Shown here: positions 36,849 through 46,134 of the stretch, piece after piece | Layout: each line of letters begins with the position of its first letter | How positions within the stretch are numbered: the stretch's first letter is position 1 | Assembly (NCBI GenBank): GCA_963757795.1 | Contig: CAVWSI010000019.1 | Span: 11,177-75,176 of the forward strand | DNA length: 64,000 nucleotides | DNA from: an uncultured Solirubrobacterales bacterium | GTDB lineage: Bacteria > Actinomycetota > Thermoleophilia > Solirubrobacterales > Solirubrobacteraceae | Reading direction: 5' to 3' | Translations under genes and position numbers: made by a program | The notes under the pieces: model-generated | Database searches by the model: none | What the model was told of the DNA's origin: nothing | What the model saw: the letters and a program-made list of their open reading frames with translations, nothing else

Positions 36849-37343
36849 TCAGCCTCCGGCGATGGTGGCCCGCCCGCCCCGGTCCCGGTCTTCCTCGAGG
36901 ATCGTCCGGAGCCGCCGCATCGCCTTCCGGGTCTTACGGCGCAGCCACGCCGTCCCGCCCAGCGCCTCCATGAGCCGGTCGGACGGCATCACGGGCTCGG
37001 TCTCGAGCGTGTACTCGACCCGCGTGGTGCCTCCCGGACCCGGCGACAGGGTGTAGGTGCCGAGCATCCGGATCCGGTTGTACTTGCCGCCGCGGCCGCG
37101 TTCGACGATGCGGAATGGCGGCTGGAGCTCCGCGAATGTCATGTCGGCCCAGTTGAATCGGCTGAGTGGCGCGTTAATGCGAAAGCGGGCGCCCGCGCCG
37201 GTCCCGTAGGACTCCTCGCGTGTGAGATGCCAGTCGGTCAGATAGTGATCGGTGAACTCGGCGTGATTGGCGATGTCGGCCAGGTACTCGAATACCTCCT
37301 CGCGAGGTCTCGAGATCGTCGACTCGACCGTGAACGGCTCCAC
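36849..37343 (-). CDS. SRPBCC (START/polyketide cyclase-like) family protein
   Basis: VESTISRPREEVFEYLADIANH..GTGARF..TRVEYTLE..MRRLRTILE. Confidence 0.85.
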   Translation of the reverse strand: MEPFTVESTISRPREEVFEYLADIANHAEFTDHYLTDWHLTREESYGTGAGARFRINAPLSRFNWADMTFAELQPPFRIVERGRGGKYNRIRMLGTYTLSPGPGGTTRVEYTLETEPVMPSDRLMEALGGTAWLRRKTRKAMRRLRTILEEDRDRGGRATIAGG

Positions 37344-37388
37344 GTCCGGGGATTCTAGGTTCGGCGAGGCGTCCCCGGGCCGGCGGGC

Positions 37389-37661
37389 TCAGGCAACTCT
37401 GTGGTCGGTCAGCCGCATCGTGTGCCCGAACTCGGGGCCGTGCACGATCTGCGAGCTCAGCGCCGGCTCGGGATCGAGCGCCCGGCACAGCTCGCAGTAG
37501 ACCGCGCCGGCGTGATCGAGGTACACCCGCTCGCCGATCAGCGGCGTCCGACGGCACGTCTGGCAGCGTTCGCGGACGGCGTCGCAATGGTCCACCGCCC
37601 GCCGCACGAGCGCCACCTGGAGCCCCGGCGCGCCGCGATGCGCGTGCTCCCGTTCCGGCAT
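37389..37661 (-). CDS. small hypothetical CxxC..CxxC protein
   Basis: RCQTCRRTPLIGERVY..VYCELCR. Confidence 0.6.
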   Translation of the reverse strand: MPEREHAHRGAPGLQVALVRRAVDHCDAVRERCQTCRRTPLIGERVYLDHAGAVYCELCRALDPEPALSSQIVHGPEFGHTMRLTDHRVA

Positions 37662-37861
37662 TCTGCGAGGTTCGTCGCCCCGCGCGGGGTTCCTGCCGTG
37701 CGCCTTGAGGGAATCGTTAGGAGGTATTGCTAAACAATGTTGCAGTCCTCCGCCATGCGTCCAGAGCGTTCACGGGGCCTTTGACTCGGGGGATATCATG
37801 GCTGGACCGGCTTGTCCAAGTCGGCGAGCCTAGAGCCCGTAACAAGGAGAACGCGCCTTAA

Positions 37862-38449
37862 ATGAAAGCTTGGATGTCGGGCAACGTTGCGGGGACCGGA
37901 ACCTTCAGATGCACCGATTGTGACTACCCCGTGTCGCTCGACGCGGTGGACGAGCTACCGACCTGCCCGAACTGTGGCGGGACCGAGTTCGTCCGCGCCT
38001 CGCTGTTCACGACGGCGCAGACGAGCGTCATCGAGATGGCGGGCGACGACGACGATCAGGGCTGGCTCGACGAGATCCGCGAGGGTCTGCACGAGCCCGG
38101 TCAATACCTGGCCTACCGGGCCGAGGGCGAGACCCCGATCGCCTATGCCCTGCAACGCGAATGGACGCGGATCGGGCGCAGCCTGGCCGCTGACATCCGC
38201 TTCGACGACCCGACCGTATCGCGCCGGCACGCCCTGATCGTGCGCCAGCCGGACGGTCTGCGGGTGCTCGACGACCGCAGCCTGAACGGCGTGTTCGTCA
38301 ACGGCGAGCGGGTCGAGTGGAGCACGCTGGCCGAGGGCGACGAGATCGTGATCGGGCGCCACCACCTGCACTTCGTGGACGTGCCCGCGGTGACCGGCAT
38401 GCGCTACAGCCACGCCCCCGAGCACGGCGCCACCGCCCAGACCGGCTGA
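37862..38449 (+). CDS. zinc-ribbon + FHA domain protein
   Basis: GTFRCTDC..PTCPNCG; FHA IGR, VSRRHA, SLNG; RBS AAGGAG. Confidence 0.9.
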   Translation: MKAWMSGNVAGTGTFRCTDCDYPVSLDAVDELPTCPNCGGTEFVRASLFTTAQTSVIEMAGDDDDQGWLDEIREGLHEPGQYLAYRAEGETPIAYALQREWTRIGRSLAADIRFDDPTVSRRHALIVRQPDGLRVLDDRSLNGVFVNGERVEWSTLAEGDEIVIGRHHLHFVDVPAVTGMRYSHAPEHGATAQTG

Positions 38450-38510
38450 TCAGCGCCCCGATTATGGAGACCACGGGCGGCCGGACCGCTCGCCTATAGT
38501 GCTGCCCTCC

Positions 38511-39308
38511 ATGGCGGCGACGATCTCGGTTCTCTCCCAGAAGGGCGGCACGGGCAAGACGACGGCCGTTCGCACCTTGACCGATGTGTTCCGGCGCGTC
38601 GAGCTGCGCGTGCTGGCCATCGATCTGGACCCCCAGGGCAACCTCTCCGACTACCTTGACGTCGACCCCGATGCGTCCCCGACGATCGGCGACGTCCTCT
38701 CGAGCCGGGCCAAGGCGCGGACCGCCGTGCACGACGGGATCATCCCGGCCAATCTGGGGTTGGCCGAGGCCGAGCTCGCCCTGGGCGGCAAGATGGGCCG
38801 CGAGCTCGCGCTCAAGAAGGCACTGCGCGAGCTCCGCGACGACTACGACGTGATTCTCATCGACTGCCCGCCCGCCCTCGGGCTGCTCACGGTCAACGCG
38901 CTGGTCGCCTCCGACTACGCCCTGATCTCGGCCGAAGCGCAGTACTTCGCGCTCCAGGGGGTCGAGCAGGCGCTCGAGGTGATCGAGCTGGCCCGGGAGA
39001 ACCTCAACCCCGACCTCGAGTGGCTGGGCGTCGTCCTGAACATCGCCGACATGCGCACCCGCCACTCGCGCGAGGCGTTCGACTCGCTGCGCCAGCACTT
39101 CGGCGAGAAGCTCCTCGAGACCACGATCCGCCAATCGATCGCGTACGCCGAGTCGGCCGAGCGGGCCGTGTCGATCCTCGACTACCGCCCGGATCTGGCC
39201 GCCGACTACCTCGTGGTGGCCGAGGAGCTGCTGCTGCGGCTCGGCATGGACGGCCCGCGCCGGCGCGCTCGTGCGCTGGCCAACGAGGTAGTCGGCGCGA
39301 ACGCCTGA
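38511..39308 (+). CDS. ParA/Soj-family ATPase (no parB nearby)
   Basis: QKGGTGKTT, DLDPQGN, IDCPPALG, AQYFALQG. Confidence 0.92.
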   Translation: MAATISVLSQKGGTGKTTAVRTLTDVFRRVELRVLAIDLDPQGNLSDYLDVDPDASPTIGDVLSSRAKARTAVHDGIIPANLGLAEAELALGGKMGRELALKKALRELRDDYDVILIDCPPALGLLTVNALVASDYALISAEAQYFALQGVEQALEVIELARENLNPDLEWLGVVLNIADMRTRHSREAFDSLRQHFGEKLLETTIRQSIAYAESAERAVSILDYRPDLAADYLVVAEELLLRLGMDGPRRRARALANEVVGANA

Positions 39309-39318
39309 TCGTCGCCTC

Positions 39319-40092
39319 TCACACCGATCGCTGATACGAGCGGAACGCGTTCGTCGCGAACGCCAGGCAGACGACCAGCAGCCCGGCGAGGAAGGCGGCC
39401 CGCGAGGCGGCGAGGCCCCAGTCGGGATTGGCCGAGGTGGCCGTGCGCCCCGCCGTCACCGCCCAGTTGACCGGATTGAAGTCGGCCACGTGCTGCATCC
39501 AGTGCGGGATGAGGTTGGTGGCCAGGAAGGTCGAGGACAGGAAGGTGAGCGGCAGCACGATGAACTGCACCGCTCCGATCAGGGCCTCCTCCTGGCGCAT
39601 GATCAGCGCGAAGCCGTTGGACAGCGCCCCGAAGGTGGCGCCAAGCAGCGCCGAGACCGCGAACAGCACGGCGACGCCGCCGGCTCCGCCCGGGAACGAC
39701 GCTCCCACGATCAGGGCCAGCGCCACGATGATCAGCGACTGGATCACCACCACCACCGCCTCCTTGAGGATGCGCCCGCCGATCAGCGCCTCGCGGCGGA
39801 CCGGCGAGACCAGGAAGCGGGCGGTCACCCCCCGGTTCAGATCCTCGATCAGCGCCATGCCGCTCCAGGCCGAGTTGAACATCGCGGTCATCACCACGAC
39901 GCCCGGGGCCAGGAACGCGATGTAGGAGTGCGTATGGAAGCCCGGGATTTCGATCACGCGCTTGAACAGCGCCCCGAACAGCAACAACCAGATCACCGGC
40001 TGGACCAGGGTGACGGCCACGAACCAGGGCTGGCGCCACAGCTCGCGCAGGTGGCGCAGGGTCATGTACAGCGTGTGCCGGATCAGCGTCAT
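39319..40092 (-). CDS. ABC-2 permease (DrrB-like)
   Basis: LVQPVIWLLLFG, FLAPGVVVM, FNPVNWAV. Confidence 0.9.
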   Translation of the reverse strand: MTLIRHTLYMTLRHLRELWRQPWFVAVTLVQPVIWLLLFGALFKRVIEIPGFHTHSYIAFLAPGVVVMTAMFNSAWSGMALIEDLNRGVTARFLVSPVRREALIGGRILKEAVVVVIQSLIIVALALIVGASFPGGAGGVAVLFAVSALLGATFGALSNGFALIMRQEEALIGAVQFIVLPLTFLSSTFLATNLIPHWMQHVADFNPVNWAVTAGRTATSANPDWGLAASRAAFLAGLLVVCLAFATNAFRSYQRSV

Positions 40093-41057
40093 CTAGTTCT
40101 GCCTCCGCTTCGGCCGCGTCGAACGTTCGGCCCGTGTACTTGAGATAGACATCGTCGAGCGAGGGTCGGGCCACGCGGACCGAGGCGACCCCGACCCCGT
40201 GGGTTTCCAGCATCTGGAGGAGCTGTGGGACGGCGCGCCCGCCGTCGTCGGCCCGGGCTCGCAGGGTGCGGCCGTCGACCGTCACGTCGCGGATGACCGC
40301 TAGCTCGGCCAGGGCGCGGCTCGCCGATCCGTTGTAGTCCCCGTCGAGATCGACGTGGATGGCGTCGCCGCGCAGCTCGCGCTTGAGCGCCTCGGGAGTG
40401 CCCTCGGCGACCACCTTGCCGCGGTCGACGATCGCCACGCGCTCGGCCAGCTGGTCGGCCTCCTCCAGGTAGTGCGTGGTCAGCAGCACGGTCTTGCCGC
40501 GCTCAGCGGCGAGCCGGGCGATCTCGGCCCACATGTCGGCCCGGACCTCGGGGTCGAGCCCGGTCGTCGGCTCGTCGAGGAACAGCACCGCGGGGTCGTG
40601 CACCAGCGCCATCGCGATGTCGAGCCGGCGCTGCATGCCCCCGGAATAGCCGCGCGCCACCCGATCTGCAGCCTCCGCCAGCCCGAAGCGCTCGAGCAGC
40701 TCCTCGGCGCGCTGATCGATGCGGCGGGACCGGATGCCATGGATCTGACCCTGCAGGCGCAGGTTCTCCCGGCCGGTGGCCTGGATGTCGACGCCCGAAC
40801 CCTGGGCCACGACGCCGATCGCTGCGGCGCACCCGATCGGGGTCGGCGGCGACCTCGGTCCCGGCCACCGTGGCCCGGCCGGCGTCCGCCCTGGCCAGCG
40901 TGGTGAGGATCTTCACCGCGGTCGACTTGCCGGCGCCGTTCGGCCCGAGCAGGGCGAACACGCTGCCGGGCGGCACGGCGAACGACAGCCCGTCCAGCGC
41001 CTTCACTCCCTTGGGATACGTCTTGACGAGGCGTTCGGCCTCGATCGCTTGCTCCAT
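40089..41057 (-). CDS. DrrA-like ABC ATP-binding protein (frameshifts ~40820 and near the stop)
   Basis: GPNGAGKST, YSGGMQRRL, LFLDEPTTGLD, TTHYLEEA, PSLDDVYL. Confidence 0.9.
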
Positions 41058-41094
41058 GCTTGCATCACCTCCGGATATCATTCACTCACGCGCA

Positions 41095-41119
41095 AAGTAT
41101 CTTAGTAGCTAAGAAATTT
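41095..41119. promoter_or_regulatory. MarR operator-like palindrome
   Basis: TCTTAG-TAG-CTAAGA within the AT-rich divergent promoter region. Confidence 0.7.
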
Positions 41120-41121
41120 AG

Positions 41122-41658
41122 ATGTCAAGGGAAATTCCCGAACCGGAACAGCTCAGCGCGCCCGAACCGTCGCCCGAGCGGCAGCGTCTCTACGCCGAGC
41201 TCGGCGGCGAGGTCCGGGCGAACCAGCGGGCGACCGACGTCGTCGACGACCTCGTCTGCGAGCTGCTGGGCATCAACCGGACCGATGCGCGGTGCCTCGA
41301 CATCCTCGAGCAGGACGGCAGCATGAGCGCTGGCGATCTCGCCCAGGCGAGCCGCCTGACCACCGGGGCGATCACCGCCGTGATCGATCGGCTCGAGCGA
41401 GCCGGCTACGCCCGCCGCGTGTCCGATCCCACGGACCGGCGGCGAGTGCTGGTCGAGCCGACGGCAAAGGCGTTCGCGACCGCGAACGAGCTTATGGCCG
41501 AGCCGATGCGACGGCTGTACGGCCCGATCGCCGGCCGATACACCGATGAAGAGCTGCGGCGGTTCATCGAGTTCACCCGCGCCGGACGCGAGATCCAGGA
41601 GCGCCACGCGGACTGGCTGCGCGCCCGCCTCGACGGGCGGAGCGCCCGACCGGATTAG
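41122..41658 (+). CDS. MarR family transcriptional regulator
   Basis: GINRTDARCLDIL..LTTGAITAVIDRLERAGYARR..DRRRVLV. Confidence 0.92.
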   Translation: MSREIPEPEQLSAPEPSPERQRLYAELGGEVRANQRATDVVDDLVCELLGINRTDARCLDILEQDGSMSAGDLAQASRLTTGAITAVIDRLERAGYARRVSDPTDRRRVLVEPTAKAFATANELMAEPMRRLYGPIAGRYTDEELRRFIEFTRAGREIQERHADWLRARLDGRSARPD

Positions 41659-41719
41659 CGGAGCACCCGACCGCAACCAGCGCATCGCCCGCGCCCCGCC
41701 CCCGGATCACCTGATCCCG

Positions 41720-41837
41720 GCGCGAGTTTCGGCACACTCGAGCCCGCCCGCGCGCCGAGTGCGCAATCAGTCGCGCATAGCGCGAAGGTCTCGCCACTCG
41801 ACCGGCGGCGAGTGGCGAGTGGTGAGAAAGTCGCGCT
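41720..41837. repeat. two tandem imperfect hairpins (REP/BIME-like)
   Basis: Unit GCGCGA..CACTCG-loop-CGAGTG..TCGCGC occurs twice with a GCATAG junction. Confidence 0.6.
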
Positions 41838-41869
41838 GCTTTGGGGTGGATGGGCCGGCGGTACCGCGG

Positions 41870-42736
41870 CTATAGGCTGCGGACGTCGGCGCCTTGGGAC
41901 TCGAACGGCGCGCGCATCACCTCAGCCCAGCCGGCCGCCTCGCGGCGCAGCAGATCGACAACCATGCCGGTCTGCTCGTAGCGGCACCACACGAGCACCG
42001 TGGGCCCGGCGCCCGAGATCGTCGCCCCGAGCGCCCCCAGGTCCTGCGCGCGCTCGAGAAGCTCGGCTGAGCGCGGGTACAGGTGCGCGCGGTGCGGTTG
42101 GTGGAGGTGATCGCGCAGCCCGGCCGCGATCAGGTCCCAGTCGCCGGTGGCCAGCCCGAGCATCAGCATCGAGGCGTGGGCCACGTTGAACACCGCGTCC
42201 TCGAGCGCCACCGTCTTCGGCAGCGCCGCCCGAGCCTCCGCGGTGCGGACACCTACCTCCGGCACGACCAGCACCGCCTCGAGTCCCATCGGCGGTTCGA
42301 ACCGGTGCGCCCGGCGACCGTCGCACACGACGAACCCGCCGTGGACCGCGGCGGCGACGTTGTCCGGGTGGCCCTCTAGCTCGCCCGCCAGCGACAGCAC
42401 GTCGGCGTCGAGCTCGAACAGGTGATCCGCGGCGAGCAGCCCGGCGACCACGGCCGCGGCGCTCGACCCGAGACCGCCGGACAGCGGGATCTCGGAGCGG
42501 ATCGTGAACTCGAACCCGTCGGCGGGGTGCAGTCGCTCGAACGCCCGCACCACCAGGTTGGTTTCGCGCTCGCGCGGGACGACCAGGTCGGTATGCACGG
42601 CGAAGGAACCCGTCTCCCGCACCTCGAGGTCCAGATGCAGCGCGATCGCCGCCGCCAGCGTGTCGAAACCCGGCCCCAGGTTGGCCGAGGAGGCGGGTAC
42701 ACGTACCACGCGCCGGCGCGCGAGGCCGCCGGTCAC
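41870..42736 (-). CDS. thrB: homoserine kinase
   Basis: [38 protein letters not shown]; GTGA overlap with thrC. Confidence 0.96.
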   Translation of the reverse strand: MTGGLARRRVVRVPASSANLGPGFDTLAAAIALHLDLEVRETGSFAVHTDLVVPRERETNLVVRAFERLHPADGFEFTIRSEIPLSGGLGSSAAAVVAGLLAADHLFELDADVLSLAGELEGHPDNVAAAVHGGFVVCDGRRAHRFEPPMGLEAVLVVPEVGVRTAEARAALPKTVALEDAVFNVAHASMLMLGLATGDWDLIAAGLRDHLHQPHRAHLYPRSAELLERAQDLGALGATISGAGPTVLVWCRYEQTGMVVDLLRREAAGWAEVMRAPFESQGADVRSL

Positions 42737-43749
42737 TCGAGCACCGCGCGCTCGATCGCGCTCAGCTCCGGGTCGCAGGGCACGACGGCACCGGCGTGCT
42801 CGAGTGCGGTCTGGGGGTCCTTGAGGCCATGCCCGGTCAGCACGCACACCACCCGGCTGACGCCCTCCCCCGCCCCGTGCACGAGCAGCCCGGCGACGCT
42901 GGCGGCCGAGGCCGGCTCGCAGAAGACGCCTTCATTCGCGGCGAGGAACCGGTACGCGGTCAGGATCTCGTCGTCGCTGACCGCGCGCACCGCGCCCCCA
43001 CTCGACGTCATGGCGTCCATCGCCTCCTCCCAGCGCGCCGGGTTACCGATCCGGATCGCGCTGGCCACCGTCTCCGGGTGCGCCACCGGCTTGCCGTGGA
43101 CCAGCGGGGCCGCGCCGGCGGCCTGGAAGCCGAGCATCCGCGGCTCGCGGCCCTCCTCGCGGAACCCCTTCCAGTATGCGGTGATGTTGCCGGCGTTGCC
43201 AACCGGTATGCACAGGGCGTCGAGCTCGCCGGCCAGCGTCTCCACGATCTCGAACGCCGCGGTCTTCTGGCCCTCGATCCGGAAGTCGTTGACCGAGTTG
43301 ACCAGCGAGATCGGGTGCCGGTGAACCAGCTCCCGGACCAGCTTCAGCGCCTGGTCGAAGTTGCCCCGCAGGGCGACCACGCGCGCTCCGTGCATGAGCG
43401 CCTGGGCCAGCTTGCCGGTGGCGATCTTGCCCTCGGGCACGATCACGGCACCTCTGAGCCCGGCGCGAGCGCTGTAGGCCGCCGCGGACGCAGCCGTGTT
43501 GCCGGTGGAGGCGCAGATCACCGCCTGGGAGCCCTCGCGCACCGCGGCCGAGACCGCGCAGGTCATCCCGCGGTCCTTGAAGGAGCCGGTCGGGTTGGCC
43601 CCCTCGAGCTTGAGCCATACCTCGACGCCGGCCTTCTCCGATAGCCGCTCGGCCAGGATCAGAGGCGTCGAGCCCTCCTGGAGCGAGACGACCGGATCCC
43701 CGGGCGCGAACGGCAGGCGTTCCCGGTAGCGGTCGATGATGCCCGGCAT
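42733..43749 (-). CDS. thrC: threonine synthase
   Basis: [42 protein letters not shown]. Confidence 0.96.
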   Translation of the reverse strand: MPGIIDRYRERLPFAPGDPVVSLQEGSTPLILAERLSEKAGVEVWLKLEGANPTGSFKDRGMTCAVSAAVREGSQAVICASTGNTAASAAAYSARAGLRGAVIVPEGKIATGKLAQALMHGARVVALRGNFDQALKLVRELVHRHPISLVNSVNDFRIEGQKTAAFEIVETLAGELDALCIPVGNAGNITAYWKGFREEGREPRMLGFQAAGAAPLVHGKPVAHPETVASAIRIGNPARWEEAMDAMTSSGGAVRAVSDDEILTAYRFLAANEGVFCEPASAASVAGLLVHGAGEGVSRVVCVLTGHGLKDPQTALEHAGAVVPCDPELSAIERAVLE

Positions 43750-43792
43750 GGTCGTGAGGGAGGATGTCAGAGGAGCGCGCGCCGGCGCACGC

Positions 43793-44781
43793 CTATGGCG
43801 CCACGTCGAGGACGACCTTGCCGGTCGCACCCCGGCCGTCGATCAACTCGAGCGCGTCGGCGGCCTGCTCGAGCGAGAAGCGGGCGCCGACGATCGGGCG
43901 CACCGAGCCGCCCGCGATCAACCGGTCGATCGCGCCGCCGATCTCGACGTTCAGGTCTGGCTTGGAGAGCACGTACGCCCCCCAGCCGGCCCCGATCACC
44001 TCGGTGTTGTTCAGCAACAGCCGGTTGACGCGGACCTCGGGGATCGAGCCGCCGGTGAACCCGACCACGATCACGCGGCCACCCTCGCGCAGCGAGCGAA
44101 GGCTGTCGGTGAAGCGATCGCCGCCGACCGGGTCGACCACGACGTCCACTCCTGCGCCCGAGATCTCGCGCGCCTGGTCCTTCCAGGGACCGTCGCTGCG
44201 CACCACGTCGTCGGCGCCCGCGTCGCGGGCGACCTGCTCCTTCTCGTCGGTCGAGACGACCGCGATCGTCCGCGCGCCGAGCCCTCGCGCGACCTGGATC
44301 GAGGCCGTGCCCACCCCGCCGGCGGCGCCGTGCACGAGCACAGTGTCCCCCGCGGCAAGGCGCCCCCGCGTCTTCAAGGCGAAGTAGGCGGTGTGGTAGT
44401 TGAGGACCAGGCCGGCGCCCTGGGCGAAGTCGAGCGCCTCGGGCAGCTTGAAGGCAAAGAACTCGGGCGCCACCGCCACCTCGGCCCAGCCACCCAGCAT
44501 GCAGAAGGCCGCCACCCGGTCGCCGGCCTGCACGCCCGCTCCCTCGGGAGCGGACCGGACCACGCCCGCCACCTCGGACCCCGGCGTGAACGGGACGTCG
44601 GGCTTGACCTGGTACTGGCCACGGGTCTGGAGCACCTCGGGGAAGGACACGCCGGCGGCGTGGACCTCCACGACGACGCCCCGCCCCGGAGTCGAGGGGT
44701 GCTCGGCTCCGGCTCCGCCACATCCACGACGCGCAGAGCTTCCTGCGGGCCGCTCAGTTCGACGATCTGGACCGCCTTCAT
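43793..44781 (-). CDS. NADPH:quinone oxidoreductase (MDR family), frameshift ~44690
   Basis: [36 protein letters not shown]. Confidence 0.88.
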
Positions 44782-44823
44782 CAGGTCCGGCACCCTAGCC
44801 GAACCCGCCCTGCCTTGGAGGGT

Positions 44824-44862
44824 GTGCTGAATACGGCCCGGTATGCGGGCCTTATTCAGCAC
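44824..44862. repeat. REP-like hairpin
   Basis: GTGCTGAATA..GGCCCG-GTATG-CGGGCC..TATTCAGCAC. Confidence 0.7.
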
Positions 44863-44901
44863 GGCCGCCCCGGGGGCTCAGACGGCCCGCCCGGGGGCTG
44901 A

Positions 44902-46134
44902 TCAGCCGAACTCCTCCTCGAGCACGCGGATCGCCCGCGGCGGCGCGCGCAGCACATCGAGCCGCCCGAGCGCATCCATGGCCGCGAAGAAGCGCGATTC
45001 CAAGACGGGGTGCACGACCATGACCAGCCGCGCCTGCCGGCCCAGCCCCCGCTGCACAACCGACTTGACTGACACGTCCTGCTCGGCCAGCACCTGCGCC
45101 ACCGCGGCCAGCACCCCCGGCTGGTCGGCCACCTCCAGATGGAGATAGAACGCGGACACCACGTCACCCACGATCTCGAGCACCTGCGACGTGGGAGGCG
45201 TCGACGCGGGCGGGATCATCGCGCTGATCACGTCGCCCAGCACGGCAGAGGCGGTCTGCGGTCCGCCGGCACCCGGCCCGGACATGGTGATCTCTGTGAT
45301 CGCCTCGGACTCGACGGTGACCGCGTTGAACGGCCCGCTCACCGAGGCCAGCGGATGCCCCGGGTACAGGAAGGCCGGGTGCACTCGCACGCTCAACCCG
45401 CTGCCCACACGCTCGGCGGTCCCGATCAGCTTGAGCTGCAAGCCCAGTTCGTGCGCGTATTCCAGGTCATCCGGCTGGATGTGCTCGATCCCCTCGTAGC
45501 GGACCTGGTCCAGGTGCACGGGCGTGTCGAAGGCCAGCCGGGCCAGGATCGCCATCTTCGCCGCCGCGTCGCGCCCATCGACGTCCTCGGAGGGATCCGC
45601 CTCCGCGTAGCCCAGTCTCTGCGCCTCGCTCAAAGCCTCGGGAAACGTCATCCCGACGCGCGCCATCTCGGTCAGGATGAAGTTCGTGGTGCCGTTGACG
45701 ATGCCGTGGACCCGGTCGATCGTCGCGCCGGCCAGCGACTCCTGCAGCACCCGGATGACGGGTACGACGCCGGCCACCGCGCCCTCGAAGCGCAGCTGAA
45801 CGCCACACGAGCGCGCGCACTCCCACAGCTCCTCCCCGTGCTGGGACAGAAGCTGCTTGTTCGCCGTCACCACGTGGCGCCCCGCCTGCATCGCCTGCAG
45901 CAACCACTCGCGCGCCGGATCGATCCCTCCCATCAGCTCGACGATCAGATCGGAGCCCTCCAGGATCTCCTCGAACGACCCGGACCGCCGGGTCAGCACG
46001 CCGCAAAGCTCGGGTCGCAGCCCGGTCAGCCGCTCGATCCGATCCGCTTGCGAAGGCAGCAGCGAGGCGAAGGCCGACCCCACCGTGCCGTGGCCGAGCA
46101 ACCCGACCCTGAACACGCCATTACCCGACGTCAC
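44902..46134 (-). CDS. hom: homoserine dehydrogenase with C-terminal ACT domain
   Basis: GHGTVG, VTANK, GIVNGTTNFIL, GYAEADP, GPGAGG, DQPGVLA. Confidence 0.96.
   Translation of the reverse strand: MTSGNGVFRVGLLGHGTVGSAFASLLPSQADRIERLTGLRPELCGVLTRRSGSFEEILEGSDLIVELMGGIDPAREWLLQAMQAGRHVVTANKQLLSQHGEELWECARSCGVQLRFEGAVAGVVPVIRVLQESLAGATIDRVHGIVNGTTNFILTEMARVGMTFPEALSEAQRLGYAEADPSEDVDGRDAAAKMAILARLAFDTPVHLDQVRYEGIEHIQPDDLEYAHELGLQLKLIGTAERVGSGLSVRVHPAFLYPGHPLASVSGPFNAVTVESEAITEITMSGPGAGGPQTASAVLGDVISAMIPPASTPPTSQVLEIVGDVVSAFYLHLEVADQPGVLAAVAQVLAEQDVSVKSVVQRGLGRQARLVMVVHPVLESRFFAAMDALGRLDVLRAPPRAIRVLEEEFG

Noticed and set aside
39206-40810. 534-aa ABC ATPase read-through ORF
   Set aside because: The tail overlaps the permease out of frame and is not protein-like; likely an indel at the stop/start overlap near 40090
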